Part shown: positions 44,331 to 54,895 of the stretch, in pieces | Position numbering within the stretch: the stretch's first letter is position 1 | Layout: each line of letters opens with the position of its first letter | Origin: an uncultured delta proteobacterium | GTDB lineage: Bacteria; Desulfobacterota; Binatia; Binatales; Binataceae | Direction of reading: 5' to 3' | Length of the DNA stretch: 64,000 nucleotides | Assembly: GCA_963724765.1 (NCBI GenBank) | Contig: CAVRVY010000001.1 | Span: forward strand, 576,001 to 640,000 | Made by a program: the position numbers and the translations under genes | Notes under the pieces: model-generated | What the model saw: the letters and a program-made list of their open reading frames with translations, nothing else | The model's database searches: none | Told to the model about the DNA's origin: nothing

Positions 44331-44720
44331 ATCGGCGGGAGCTGCGCGAGCATCAGGTTACTCCGCACGTTGCGCAGAAGCCCAACAGCGCGATCGATGG
44401 CCGCACCACCCGCCGCCCGGGATATCTGCTCAGCCAGCGGCGGCGCAAATGGGTCGGGGAGATCTTCGGCTGGCTCAAGACCGTGGGCGGGTTGCGCAAG
44501 ACTTGTCATCGTGGAGTCGCTCGAGTCGGCTGGACCTTCACCTTTGCTGCTACCGCCTACAACCTGGTCAGGATGCGCAGCCTGAACCCCGTCGCCACCT
44601 GAAACACCCGCGCGGAGCAGCCCATGGCTACTCTCGACCTCCACACCCTTAACTAAGTAGCGATACCAACTCATCAGAACAGAGAAAACTCCTGACTATT
44701 CGGCGTTTTTCCGCAGCCTG
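44331..44720 (+). mobile_element. IS5 family remnant (3' end)
   Basis: Homologous to 38620-39008; ends TTTTTCCGCAGCCTG-CTAG. Confidence 0.85.
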
Positions 44721-44723
44721 CTA

Positions 44724-44850
44724 GTGACCGGGCATCTATTTGACCTTACGGCAAGCTACTCGTGGTCATTCCTGGCCTGCGGGCTGGCATCGATCTTCGG
44801 TGCGATAGCGACTTCCCTGACGGCGCCATTGCGCCTCGAACATTCGCGAA
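44724..44850 (+). pseudogene. MFS transporter C-terminal fragment
   Basis: TGHLFDLTASYSWSFLACG (last two TM helices). Confidence 0.55.
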
Positions 44851-44959
44851 ACCCACGCCTCGGCCGCTTTCAGGTCGCCGGTGTCGAGCGCCCCGGCCCG
44901 AAAACATGCAGGGGCGACTCAACGCGCCGATAACTCAAGCTCATGCAAGACGGTTTGTA

Positions 44960-46174
44960 CTATTCCAATGCTCCCTCCATTACCAGCGCGCTTATGTGCT
45001 CATCATCGTAACCGAGGATGCTCTTCAGTACATAATGGTTGTGCTGTCCAATCATCGGTGCGGCGCGGTCGACTCGGGCTGGGGTACGGCAGAGCCTGAA
45101 CCGTGAATTCTCAACCCAAGTTGTGCCCAAAGTTGGATGGGGCACTTCGACAAAGTGGCCGCGGTGGCGCAGTTGCTGATCGGTGTACATGTCGGCAGCG
45201 CTCTGCACGGCGTGCGCCGGGACCCCCTGCGCCTGCAGTCTACATTCCACCTCATGCGAACTGAGCCGACGCGTCCATTGCGCAAGGTGTTGGTCAAGTT
45301 GTACCCGGTTCGCCTGGCGTCTATTGAAGCTCCTAAATCGTGGATCGTCCGCGAGCTCTAGTTGATCCATTACTTTACATAGTGAGCGCCAGTGCTCTTC
45401 GGTGCGGCACGCGACCGCAACCCAACGGTCTTCTCCCAGTGCCGGATAGACACCGTGAGGTGCATGGTATGCATCGTAGTTAGCGGCCGGACCCCATATC
45501 CGGTGATTAACGACACAATCGAGGAGAGCCGGGGCTAAAAAGTGGAGGGCCGACTCGGCCTGCGCTTGGTCGATATACTGTCCTTTGCCAGTGCGCTTGC
45601 GATGGATTAGCGCTGCGACCACAGCTACCGCCCCGAAGCGCGGTGCTATGTAGTCGGTATATGCACTGAACGGCCCTGAAGGCGCCCGATCGGGCCATCC
45701 CACCAGATTGTAGAAACCTGAGAGAGCCGCTGCGAGATTGCCGAATCCAGCAAACGACGAAAGCGGACCTGTCTGCCCCATCAAGCACGTGCTGATCATG
45801 ATAATATCAGCCTTGATCTTGCGCAGCGATTCGTAATCCAACCCCCAGTTACGCATCGCTTTGGGTGAGAACGCCTCCGCGACTACATCGGCCCATCGCA
45901 CGAGGTCAAGCACGACGCTGCGAGCTCCGGGTTTAGATAGATCCAAAGTAATCCCGTACTTGCCGGCATTGTTGTTGCCCCAAAGCCCGGAATTTTCGGG
46001 GGCTGTGTTATTGTCCTGAAAAGGTCCGATAGTACGTGCCGGATCCGGGCGACGCGTCGACTCTATCCGCACCACCGTCGCACCATAATCCGCCAGCATC
46101 CGGGTGATTCCTGGTCCTGCTAGCACCCACATAAAATCTAGAATCTTGACGTCCTCCAAAGGAAGATGGCCCAT
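44960..46174 (-). CDS. Family III (CaiB/BaiF) CoA transferase
   Basis: PLEDVKILDF.W.LAGP…N.GK..ITLDL…YTDY…APMIGQHN. Confidence 0.93.
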   Translation of the reverse strand: MGHLPLEDVKILDFMWVLAGPGITRMLADYGATVVRIESTRRPDPARTIGPFQDNNTAPENSGLWGNNNAGKYGITLDLSKPGARSVVLDLVRWADVVAEAFSPKAMRNWGLDYESLRKIKADIIMISTCLMGQTGPLSSFAGFGNLAAALSGFYNLVGWPDRAPSGPFSAYTDYIAPRFGAVAVVAALIHRKRTGKGQYIDQAQAESALHFLAPALLDCVVNHRIWGPAANYDAYHAPHGVYPALGEDRWVAVACRTEEHWRSLCKVMDQLELADDPRFRSFNRRQANRVQLDQHLAQWTRRLSSHEVECRLQAQGVPAHAVQSAADMYTDQQLRHRGHFVEVPHPTLGTTWVENSRFRLCRTPARVDRAAPMIGQHNHYVLKSILGYDDEHISALVMEGALE

Positions 46175-47415
46175 CAGACTACCCCAAATCGTTCAAGTTC
46201 GGCGAGATCACGCTCGCTCAGGCCTAACTCATCGACGTAGATCTCGCGATTATGCTCTCCTACTCTCGGCGGTCGGCGTCGGTATGCAATAGGCTGTGCC
46301 TCGAAGCGCGCGAAGGGCCCAGGATAGTGCACCGATCGTCCCAACTCAGGGTGTTCCACCGGCTGCCAGTATTCTCGTTCCTTGAACTGTGGATTATCCA
46401 ATACCTCGTCGATCGTCGCGACGGGTGCGATAAGTAAGGTATTCGCGCGCGCAATTTCGAATAGTTCGGCCTTGGTCTTGCTGGAGAAAAAGCGCGAGAC
46501 AACGCTCTTCACTCGCTCGTACTCCTCCATAGGCTCCTTGCCCGAGAGCAGCAAGTCTCCGTACGCCAGCCAATCCTTATCGCGGGTGGCCTGATCGCAC
46601 CCACCGTTCTGGTAGATGTAGTTCATCAGCTTCTGAGTAAACGGACCGAATGCCGTGCCAAATAAGAAAACACAGGAGATCTGACCGTTCTTAGCCGGCC
46701 ACACCAGCGGAACCCGAATTGGGCCCATCCGAATTCCGCCTGCCATGCGCCGCATCTCGTTGGCCCGAAGAGGGGTTGCGAGGGTCGTCGATTGCGCCGC
46801 GAGGCTGACGCTCTCCTGCGCCGCGACGTCGACATGTTGTCCCAAACCGGAATCAAGCCGCTCATAATAGGCAATGAGCGCAGCCGCGGCTGCGTCAACT
46901 GACGCGTGCAGATATGCCTGCGGCACACTCATACGGATTGGCGGCCTATCCTCGTCACCGTAAAGAATTAGCGGTCCGCCTGCCGCCATGATGACCAGGT
47001 CGGAATCAGCATAGCCGGCCTTTGGGCCGTCCTGCCCAAAGGGCGTGATCGAAACATAGACGAGAGACGGATTATGAAGGCTTAGGTTGCGGTAGCTTAT
47101 TCCGATTCTCGCTGATTCCCCTGGAGGGTCGGACTCGATGAGGAAATGTGCATCCCTGGCAAGCCGATGAAAGATCGCGCGCCCTTTTTCGGTCGCCAGG
47201 TTAAGCGTGATGCTGCGCTTATTGCGATTGTAGGCACACCAGTAAATCGAGCGATCCGGATGCGTCTCATCGTTGAAGAAGGGCGCGAGTCTTCGTGCTG
47301 GCGAACCCCCTGGCGGTTCAACCTTGATTACCTCGGCGCCCAGATCGCCGAGAATCTGACCGCACAGAAATCCCCGTTCAGTGGTAAGATCGAGCACCCT
47401 GCATCCCCTCAGCAT
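46174..47415 (-). CDS. Family III CoA transferase, second (BbsE-like) subunit
   Basis: LRGCRVLDLT…LGDLGAEVIKVEPPGG…NRNKRSITLNL…PPRVGEHN; translationally coupled to the next gene. Confidence 0.93.
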   Translation of the reverse strand: MLRGCRVLDLTTERGFLCGQILGDLGAEVIKVEPPGGSPARRLAPFFNDETHPDRSIYWCAYNRNKRSITLNLATEKGRAIFHRLARDAHFLIESDPPGESARIGISYRNLSLHNPSLVYVSITPFGQDGPKAGYADSDLVIMAAGGPLILYGDEDRPPIRMSVPQAYLHASVDAAAAALIAYYERLDSGLGQHVDVAAQESVSLAAQSTTLATPLRANEMRRMAGGIRMGPIRVPLVWPAKNGQISCVFLFGTAFGPFTQKLMNYIYQNGGCDQATRDKDWLAYGDLLLSGKEPMEEYERVKSVVSRFFSSKTKAELFEIARANTLLIAPVATIDEVLDNPQFKEREYWQPVEHPELGRSVHYPGPFARFEAQPIAYRRRPPRVGEHNREIYVDELGLSERDLAELERFGVV

Positions 47416-47420
47416 GGCTT

Positions 47421-47476
47421 GTTGGACCCTCTTTTAGACTGCGACTAAGTTGGACCCTCTTTTAGACTGCGACTAA
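47421..47476. repeat. Exact 28-bp tandem duplication covering the RBS
   Basis: GTTGGACCCTCTTTTAGACTGCGACTAA x2. Confidence 0.9.
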
Positions 47477-47859
47477 GAATGATGATAATTTCGTCACCCT
47501 GGGAGTACACCAAGTTCTTTCGATGGCGGTTCTCTCGCCGGACATCGGCCGATATCGGCCGCGGGTAAGGCGGTGCTACGCTTCGGACATCGGCCCTTAG
47601 CCGTAGCCCAAGGGCCTTCTCAGCTAAGCCATTCCGCTATGCAAGAGCATGCCAGCCATAACTCCCTCGGTTCGTGATGCGTTCGACCTCCCAGCCGCCG
47701 AGACTGGGTCAGCTCTACCGGGGTGAGTCGCCTGGCCGAAGCAATGTTGGGTCGGCTTCAGATCCTGCCAAGGTCTCGGCTGGCAGACAAAGAAAAAGCG
47801 AACCTAACGCACCTCGAGTGTATCTTGACAACCATGTGACAGACACGGACACTTCGAGT

Positions 47860-48720
47860 CCACCTGCTATCATCCGCTGCTGCTGTTCAATCGCGAAGGT
47901 GACTGCCTCGCCGCCAATACGGCCCGGCAACGTCCACAGCGCCGATGGCTGGGAGGAACTGCTGCTGCCGGAGATTGAACTGCAACAGCGGCTGGGCAAC
48001 GAGGTAGTCTTCCGCGCCGATGCAGCTTTTGCCAGGCCGGAGATCTACGAGGCGCTGGAAGATCGGGAGGTGAAGTACGCGATCCGCCTCCCAGCGAACG
48101 ACCATCTGCAGCGGAACATTACGGAGTTGTTGACGCGGCCAGTGGGACGGCCGAGCCACAAGCCGGTGGTCCGGTACAAGAGCTTTCTGTATCAGGCAGC
48201 GAGTTGGAAGACGTTGCGACGGGTGGTGGCAAAGGTCGAGTTCCATTGCGGGGAATTGTTTCCCCGCGTGGGGTTCATCGTGACCGGCCTCGCGGCCTTA
48301 AGCCGGGCGGTGGTGCGGTTCTACAACAAGCGCGGGACAGCAGAACAATGGATTAAAGAGGGCAAGCAGGCGGTCGCGATGACGCGGCTTTCCTGTCACC
48401 GCTTTCGCGCCAGCGAGGTGCGGCTGTGGCTGAGCCTGATTGCTTATAACCTCGGGAACTTGTGGCGGCGGCTGGCGCTTCCAACGCAGGTTGCCACCTG
48501 GTCGCTGACCAGCTTGCAGCAGGACACAGGGAGAAGTGTCTGCGAATTCGGTCTGAGAAGCGGCAGTTCCGGGTATCGTATGTCAGCGCGAGGCAGAACT
48601 GGTCCGTTGCGGGGCCGTGGAAAGCCCTTTGGACTCAAAATCAGGCTCGAACTCTCCCTTTGACAAACCGTCTCATGTCGGCGCGACGATGCAAAGGATT
48701 GAAAATGGAAATCCCAGATT
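47860..48720 (+). mobile_element. IS1380 family remnant
   Basis: RPGNVHSADGW…FRADAAFA…YNKRGTAEQWIKEGK…; 5' part and an internal segment deleted. Confidence 0.88.
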
Positions 48721-48863
48721 AGTTGCAGGAGAGCCATGGAATTGCGCATTTGGCAGGTCGTAGTCCGCTTGCGTGGACAAAAGCAAAAACACCAGTTACC
48801 TTGCCAAAACATCAGGCAAGCGACATATATTCCTAAGCGCGGCGGCATCTTTGACGCGGCGAC

Positions 48864-50867
48864 ATGCTTAAGCATGATGATTGCCGCAAACGGGCAACGA
48901 AAATGGTGAGCGCGGTAACACGTGAGTGGGAACGGTTTGTTGCCGGCGGCGTTATAGATGCGTGTGTTGTGAGATCCCCCGTAGCCGAATCCTGGCAGCG
49001 CTGTCGAAAGGCAGGCTTAAGATCTGATATACGAGTAGCTCCTGCCGTCCTGGCGGCCGCAGAGCTTGAAAATCGAAAAGTCCGAAATCCGGCCTATCGA
49101 GTATCTCGGGACGTCATGCTTCTTGCGAGGGAATGCCTTCCCAACAACGATACTTCAGTAGTGATGCTCATCGATCAAGACTGCCATCTGTTGGACATTA
49201 GGGGAAGCAGCAAAATTATCGCTGCATGTGAAGAAGCGGGTGGGGTGCTCGGCTCCAGATGGAAGGAGTCAGACACAGGGACCGACGCGTTGTCTCTGTG
49301 TCTGAGGCTTGACTTGGCGGTCTATATAAATGGCTATGAGCACTACTGTGAAATCGGACATCGCTGGTTGGGCGCTGCTGCTCCGATACACGCTCTAACA
49401 GACCGCCGGCTATTAGGAGCGATAAGCATGTACGCAAATGGGCAAGTTGAACCCGCCCGACTCCATAGTCTAGTGATTCACTTCGCGTCGCTCCTGGAGC
49501 ATGAATTGCTCCTCGAGAGCAAGACCCGACAACTCTTCAGGCTCGAGATGTTAGAGAGATATCGCACTCGTTACCGACAGGACACAATCTTCTCGGTGAC
49601 GGAGTCGGGTGAAATAGAGGGTGAATTACACGATTGGGTTTTGCCTGATGACTCTATCACGAACTTACGCGCACAGGCAGAAAGGGCGATTTTGTTCGGC
49701 CAGGGAACAGGAGAGTTGACAGGGGTTGTCCGGAACCCCAAAGGATCACTGCTGGAGGGACGCTTCTTTGCTGCCGTTCGGAACCAAGAGCTTATAGGTT
49801 TCGTTGCAATTGTACCCAAACCGCAACCGCGGGGTTTTCAATCGCGAACTCAAGCTTCATATTCAGCTTCGTACTGCTTTAAGGATCTTCTGGGTTCCTC
49901 GTCTCAGTTGGAGCATTCTATTATCGAAGCTGAAAGATACGCATTATCCGATCTGCCAGTTTTGATCTCGGGTGAATCCGGCACGGGCAAAGAGCTACTT
50001 GCACACGCGATTCACAATGCCAGTCCTAGACGAAGTCGACCATTCGTGGCGATTAACTGCGGCGGCGTCACCGACGAATTAATATCCGCTGAATTATTCG
50101 GTTACAGCGACGGCGCTTTCACCGGTGCGGCACGCGGAGGCAAGATCGGGAAACTTGATCTAGCCCAAGGCGGCAGCATTTTTCTCGATGAGGTTGAGAG
50201 CATGTCGCCGTTTATGCAGGCTGCCCTGTTGAGGATCTTAGAAGAGCGTTTCTTCCATAGAATCGGAGATTTGGAGCGCCGCCCGCTCGACGTACGGTTC
50301 ATCGCAGCAACTAATGTTGACCTCTTGAGCAAGGTACAGGCTGGATCCTTTCGACTCGATATATACCACAGACTCGCTACCTTAACCCTGTCGCTCTCGC
50401 CATTACGGGAACGTAGGGCGGACATTCCCCGTCTTATTCAACACTTCATGCAAGGCCACGCCAGGGATCTCACTGAAGAAGCGCGTTTAAAATTGCAGGC
50501 GTGTTGTTGGCCAGGCAATATCAGGCAGCTCAAGAACGTTTTACATAGAGCGATGTTGCGCTCATTTAAAGAACAGATAACAGTAGAAGATCTTGGGGAC
50601 GATTTGTCCGACAGAGATAACACAAGGAGCGACGGTTCTTGCTGTCTGGAAAGTAATCCACCGGTTCTTGGGGAGCGCGTCGATTTTCTCAGTAATAGCA
50701 ACAATAGCAGCGAGGAAAAAGATCGAATCGTCAAGGTGCTCGCATCGTGTAATTGGAACGTGAGCGCCGCCGCCATAAAACTAGGACTTCACCGCGTTAC
50801 TCTGTGCAGAAAGCTTCGGAGACTGGAGGTACGAAAGACCTATTCATCGACAGGTAGAAATCTGTAG
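48864..50867 (+). CDS. GAF-domain sigma54-dependent activator (AcoR-like)
   Basis: SWQRC GAF start, GESGTGKE, ELFG…GAFTGA, FLDEV, WPGNIRQL, Fis-type HTH. Confidence 0.95.
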   Translation: MLKHDDCRKRATKMVSAVTREWERFVAGGVIDACVVRSPVAESWQRCRKAGLRSDIRVAPAVLAAAELENRKVRNPAYRVSRDVMLLARECLPNNDTSVVMLIDQDCHLLDIRGSSKIIAACEEAGGVLGSRWKESDTGTDALSLCLRLDLAVYINGYEHYCEIGHRWLGAAAPIHALTDRRLLGAISMYANGQVEPARLHSLVIHFASLLEHELLLESKTRQLFRLEMLERYRTRYRQDTIFSVTESGEIEGELHDWVLPDDSITNLRAQAERAILFGQGTGELTGVVRNPKGSLLEGRFFAAVRNQELIGFVAIVPKPQPRGFQSRTQASYSASYCFKDLLGSSSQLEHSIIEAERYALSDLPVLISGESGTGKELLAHAIHNASPRRSRPFVAINCGGVTDELISAELFGYSDGAFTGAARGGKIGKLDLAQGGSIFLDEVESMSPFMQAALLRILEERFFHRIGDLERRPLDVRFIAATNVDLLSKVQAGSFRLDIYHRLATLTLSLSPLRERRADIPRLIQHFMQGHARDLTEEARLKLQACCWPGNIRQLKNVLHRAMLRSFKEQITVEDLGDDLSDRDNTRSDGSCCLESNPPVLGERVDFLSNSNNSSEEKDRIVKVLASCNWNVSAAAIKLGLHRVTLCRKLRRLEVRKTYSSTGRNL

Positions 50868-51458
50868 AAGATCTTATTTGTGCGGATCTCATACAGTAAC
50901 AGTGGATGAATGATTGTCGCTTCTATGGCGCGTGAAGAATGAATGACTAGATGATAGGTCTGCTCTTCACGGCTGGCCTGCTTTCGCAGCCTCCCCGCGA
51001 TTAATAAGCCGCCGACATTGGGCGGTCGCGTCACGGTAAACGTGGCTTAGGCTAGGGCAGTGCGTGGTCGAATGGTCGCGGGTTCAGCCGCATTTCCGAA
51101 CCCGGCCGGCGTTGCCGATTAACCCCAGGCTGCGTGACCACGTGACCGGCGGTCGCTGCCGCCACGACAGGGCCAGTCTGTTCCCGCACAGGGATCGCCA
51201 GCGGCAAAATACGCGGGCCGCTGCTTCGGCAAGACCCGACGTCGAGTTCATTGCCTTTCAGGGGCGGTTAGCGGAGCGCTACCCGAATAGCGAGTTCGCA
51301 TTTGATCTGGTCCCTTCTAGCGAGCACGCAACACGCAAACCTCGACGGTGCAACAGTGGTTCAGCGAGCATTGGACCTTTGTGCGCACTTCAACTCGACC
51401 AATGTCTCGCAACTCAACCTGGCTCACGCGACCGATGGTCCGCTTGGCGGAGCATCGC

Positions 51459-51499
51459 GCTACAATTGTAGCACTTCATGTGTAGTATTATCCGCTACA
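51459..51499. promoter_or_regulatory. Putative enhancer (UAS) sites
   Basis: Palindromes GCTACAATTGTAGC and TGTAG-N9-CTACA, ~50-90 bp upstream of the sigma54 site. Confidence 0.55.
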
Positions 51500-51549
51500 A
51501 AAGAAGCCATTCTTGACTCACGCAAGCATACTCTATTCTGAAACGTGCG

Positions 51550-51565
51550 CGGCTCGTCTTTTGCT
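51550..51565 (+). promoter_or_regulatory. Sigma54 -24/-12 promoter
   Basis: CGGCTCGTCTTTTGCT, GG-N10-GC spacing, 66 bp before the ATG. Confidence 0.7.
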
Positions 51566-51631
51566 TGTACCCCTCCACACGAAGCTTTGCAGGCGTCATT
51601 GACTTAAACAGCCTGAGCGAGGAGGACTTCG

Positions 51632-52678
51632 ATGAAGTTTGAGTTCTTCACAGAATGCCAGACCGCCACGCGGAGTTATTACGATCGTTATTGGCAGATA
51701 CTAGAGGAAGTGCAGCTCGCTGACCAATTGGGCTGGGATTCCTTCGGTACCTCTGAGCAGCATTTTACCCCTGAATTGTTCACTACTTCTGCCCCGGAGG
51801 TTTTCTACGCGGCCGTTGCCATGCGAACAAAACGCCTCCGGCTGCGGCACGGCATTCGGTTGCTCCCCTATCGGGTGAATCATCCGTTACGCATTGCGGA
51901 GCAGGTGGCGATGCTTGACATCCTCAGCAATGGGCGTGCAGAGCTAGGCACCGGCAGAGGTAATACTCTTCGTATGCTGCGAGCGTTTGAGGTCGATCCT
52001 AAGGAGTCGCGTGAGCAGTGGGAAGAAGCTCTCAGCATGATTCCCAAAATGTGGACACAGGATCCATTCTCCTGGGAGGGAAAGTACTTTCATATACCGC
52101 CCACCCACGTGGTCCCAAAGCCCATTCAAAAGCCGCACCCCGCAATTTGGACAGCCGCAACCAATCCAGACATGTACGAAATCGCGGGTCATAAGGGAAT
52201 CGGCCTTATGAGTTTCAACTTTGGTACGCCGGAAACCGCCGAAAAAGACATCGGGATTTATAGGAAAGCGATCGAGACCGCAGAACCGGTTGGGGACTTC
52301 ATCAACAACAAGGTATCGTGGTTTCTAATGTGCTTATGTGCGGAAACTACTGAATACGCGAAACGGCTGGCCAGAGAGCCGATCATGGCCTTCTTGAACG
52401 AGGCAGTCAACATTTACGAAGAATTGGGGGCCACGGGTGCGAAAGACTACGAGTACATGGCTAAAGTCTCGAAGATGAGGAAGCTGGTTGATTTTGACTA
52501 CTTAGATGCTGCCGACATGTTAGTCGTCGGTGATCCTGTTGTCTGCCTGGAGAAGCTTAGAAAATACCAGAAGGCCGGTGCAGACGAAGTGATTCTTCGC
52601 ATTGACGGCTACCCGCACGAGAAGATTAAAGACTCAATCCGACTCCTCGCCGAGCATGTCTTTCCTCATCTTCGTTGA
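51632..52678 (+). CDS. LLM-class (luciferase-like) flavin-dependent monooxygenase
   Basis: ADQLGWD…SEQHF…HPLRIAEQVAMLDILSNGRAELGTGRG…PKPIQKPHPAIW. Confidence 0.95.
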   Translation: MKFEFFTECQTATRSYYDRYWQILEEVQLADQLGWDSFGTSEQHFTPELFTTSAPEVFYAAVAMRTKRLRLRHGIRLLPYRVNHPLRIAEQVAMLDILSNGRAELGTGRGNTLRMLRAFEVDPKESREQWEEALSMIPKMWTQDPFSWEGKYFHIPPTHVVPKPIQKPHPAIWTAATNPDMYEIAGHKGIGLMSFNFGTPETAEKDIGIYRKAIETAEPVGDFINNKVSWFLMCLCAETTEYAKRLAREPIMAFLNEAVNIYEELGATGAKDYEYMAKVSKMRKLVDFDYLDAADMLVVGDPVVCLEKLRKYQKAGADEVILRIDGYPHEKIKDSIRLLAEHVFPHLR

Positions 52679-52755
52679 CGGCATCGGCGGAACCGGCTTA
52701 ACAGCTACAGGTCAGCACTGACAAACGTCGGCAAAACACTATTGGAGAAAACGCA

Positions 52756-53100
52756 ATGGCACGTTACACACTGTTGGAGATCTGGCGACCGCGGCCCGAA
52801 TGGTATGCTCTGCCGAAGCAGCAAAAGGAGAAATTCTGCGCAAGGGGACGAGAGGTTCTGGGCGAAATACTCGGCAAAGATGCGAAAGTCCTCGGTATAT
52901 ACAAGATTCGCGCGGCTTCGAGCGACGGCTGGGATGTAATGGGATATTGGGACATGCCAAGTTTTGATCTAGCACAAGAGTTGGCAGAGAAGATCGATAA
53001 AATGGGCTGGAATCGCTACTTCGAACAAATCAATTTTGTCGGCACGGCGACGACACCTGATGAATACTTGAAGAGTCTATTGGATGAGCCCGAGTTTTGA
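52756..53100 (+). CDS. DUF6616-like dimeric alpha/beta-barrel protein
   Basis: E.W.PRPEWYALP…W.MPS…GWNRYFEQIN. Confidence 0.65.
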   Translation: MARYTLLEIWRPRPEWYALPKQQKEKFCARGREVLGEILGKDAKVLGIYKIRAASSDGWDVMGYWDMPSFDLAQELAEKIDKMGWNRYFEQINFVGTATTPDEYLKSLLDEPEF

Positions 53101-53207
53101 GCTTCGTGTTGCGCCCCAAGGCTCGCCTGTGCAAGCGCAGCGGTCAGCGTATCACAAAGCCAAGACACTGGAACGGTAGTTAACAAAGGCAAGGGAGGTT
53201 AAGGACA

Positions 53208-54788
53208 ATGCGGTTTAGGAGGGCCTTAGGACTCGCTTCGCTGCCAACCTTGTTGCTTGTTTTGTGCAGCCCTTCGCTAGGCACGGCCTGCCAGACCTAT
53301 GACGAGTACAGCCTCACTGGTTGCGTTGACTTTTGGACCTCGGCGTATGTTCGACTGCCGCAAACTCATCGGACACTCTTTAATGCTCAGACGGAGAAAT
53401 TCTTTACAACGCATGCGGATATCATCGAGTTCAATCGAAGTGAATTTCATGTAACGCTCGATCAGCAGCCGGCTCGTCTGTCCGACGCGCTGGGCTTTCC
53501 AATTAGCTGGCACTTGGAGCTCCGACCGTGGTACGATTCCACCTACGACCTTCCAGATACTGTCGGCCAGGGAAGGTTTCATCAGTTTCTGGCGGACCAG
53601 CTTGAAACGAACGTCAATGGTCGTATGGCTGATAACTACGACCCCCTCTTTCGCGAGTACTACGTCGATCTTCGACCACCTCACTTCTTTATTCGCTTGG
53701 GCCGCCAGATCATTGCCTGGGGCAAGTCTGACGGCGTGTATATGTTGGACATCGTAAACAACTTTAACCTGGTGAATCCGGAGATCTTCAACGAGCAAAA
53801 CATCAAGATTCCGGAGTGGGCGGCGAACGTTAATTATAACGTGACGGCAAAACAAACAGTGCAGCTTCTTTTCATTCCGCAATACCTCCCGACCTATTAC
53901 GCTGGTATCCAGATCGCACATGGGCTCCCGCAGCAAGGTGGCTACGGTGACTTTACCTACAACTCCACGGCCAATTTTAACAATTTCCTGAACGGATCGT
54001 TCGGCTTCAAAGTTCCGACAAGCTTTAATTTGCCGTCAACCCGCCTGAACAATTGGGTCTATGGTGCGCGCTGGTCCGACGATTCTACTGAATTTCACTA
54101 CACGCTCAACTACCTTTATACCTGGACGACTAGCATGATTGGCTATCCGAGTAACACTGCGACATGGGCAACCGCCACGACTGGTGCGTGGCGTCCGCAT
54201 CGGATGCACGTAGCAGGAGGTTCAGTCGACTACGATGTGAATACTGGAAACGCTTGGACAGATGGCACTGTGTTTCGAGTGGAGAGTGCTGTTACCACGG
54301 GAGATGTATACTACGAAGGTTTGCTGGGTCAACCTGTGGATGTTACGCACTGGGGCCTCCTTGGAGCGGTGGATAAAACGATTCTGAGCAGCTACCTCGA
54401 GCGGCCGATATTTTTCAGCTTCCAGTACTGGCAGGACTATGTGCTCAGGCGAAATAACTATTGCGCTTGCGGCGGGAATGACAGCATGTTTCAGGATGCT
54501 GGCTTCTATGGAAGCAAGGCTGGCATGCGCGGTTTATACAAGAGTATTTCGACGTTGTTTCTCGACAAGACCTGGCTGTCCGGAGATTTTTGGGACACAA
54601 ACGTGTCTGTCGTATATGAGTGGCAATTCCACGACTGGTGGATAAAGCCCCAAGTAACGTACATGGTGAATGATAAGACGAGTGTGGATGTGGGATTCGA
54701 TATCTTCGCCGGAGGGTTTCAGACACCATATGGAGAGTTCACCAATAACAGTAATATTTATGCTGAGCTTCATCGTGTTCTTTGGTAA
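53208..54788 (+). CDS. DUF1302-like outer-membrane beta-barrel protein
   Basis: Signal peptide, REYYVD…RLGRQIIAWGKSD…LDIVN, aromatic C-terminus. Confidence 0.8.
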   Translation: MRFRRALGLASLPTLLLVLCSPSLGTACQTYDEYSLTGCVDFWTSAYVRLPQTHRTLFNAQTEKFFTTHADIIEFNRSEFHVTLDQQPARLSDALGFPISWHLELRPWYDSTYDLPDTVGQGRFHQFLADQLETNVNGRMADNYDPLFREYYVDLRPPHFFIRLGRQIIAWGKSDGVYMLDIVNNFNLVNPEIFNEQNIKIPEWAANVNYNVTAKQTVQLLFIPQYLPTYYAGIQIAHGLPQQGGYGDFTYNSTANFNNFLNGSFGFKVPTSFNLPSTRLNNWVYGARWSDDSTEFHYTLNYLYTWTTSMIGYPSNTATWATATTGAWRPHRMHVAGGSVDYDVNTGNAWTDGTVFRVESAVTTGDVYYEGLLGQPVDVTHWGLLGAVDKTILSSYLERPIFFSFQYWQDYVLRRNNYCACGGNDSMFQDAGFYGSKAGMRGLYKSISTLFLDKTWLSGDFWDTNVSVVYEWQFHDWWIKPQVTYMVNDKTSVDVGFDIFAGGFQTPYGEFTNNSNIYAELHRVLW

Positions 54789-54895
54789 CGATTTGCGCAG
54801 TACGGCGTTCACGTGCATCAATAGCCTGTGCGCTGAACGGAGATGTAGGCGGGGACAAGACGTTTAAGTGATTAATTTACTAGGAGGATAGGAGA

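Noticed and set aside
43425-44585. Full-length 386-aa histidine kinase
   Set aside because: The last ~85 residues derive from IS5 DNA; the G1/G2 boxes are absent.
47421-47476. CRISPR array
   Set aside because: Two abutting repeats without a spacer and no cas genes; no array seen anywhere in the window.
47639-47654. Sigma54-like TGGCATGCTCTTGCAT on the minus strand upstream of the CoA transferases
   Set aside because: GG-GC spacing is 9 rather than the required 10; it would qualify only if a base is missing.
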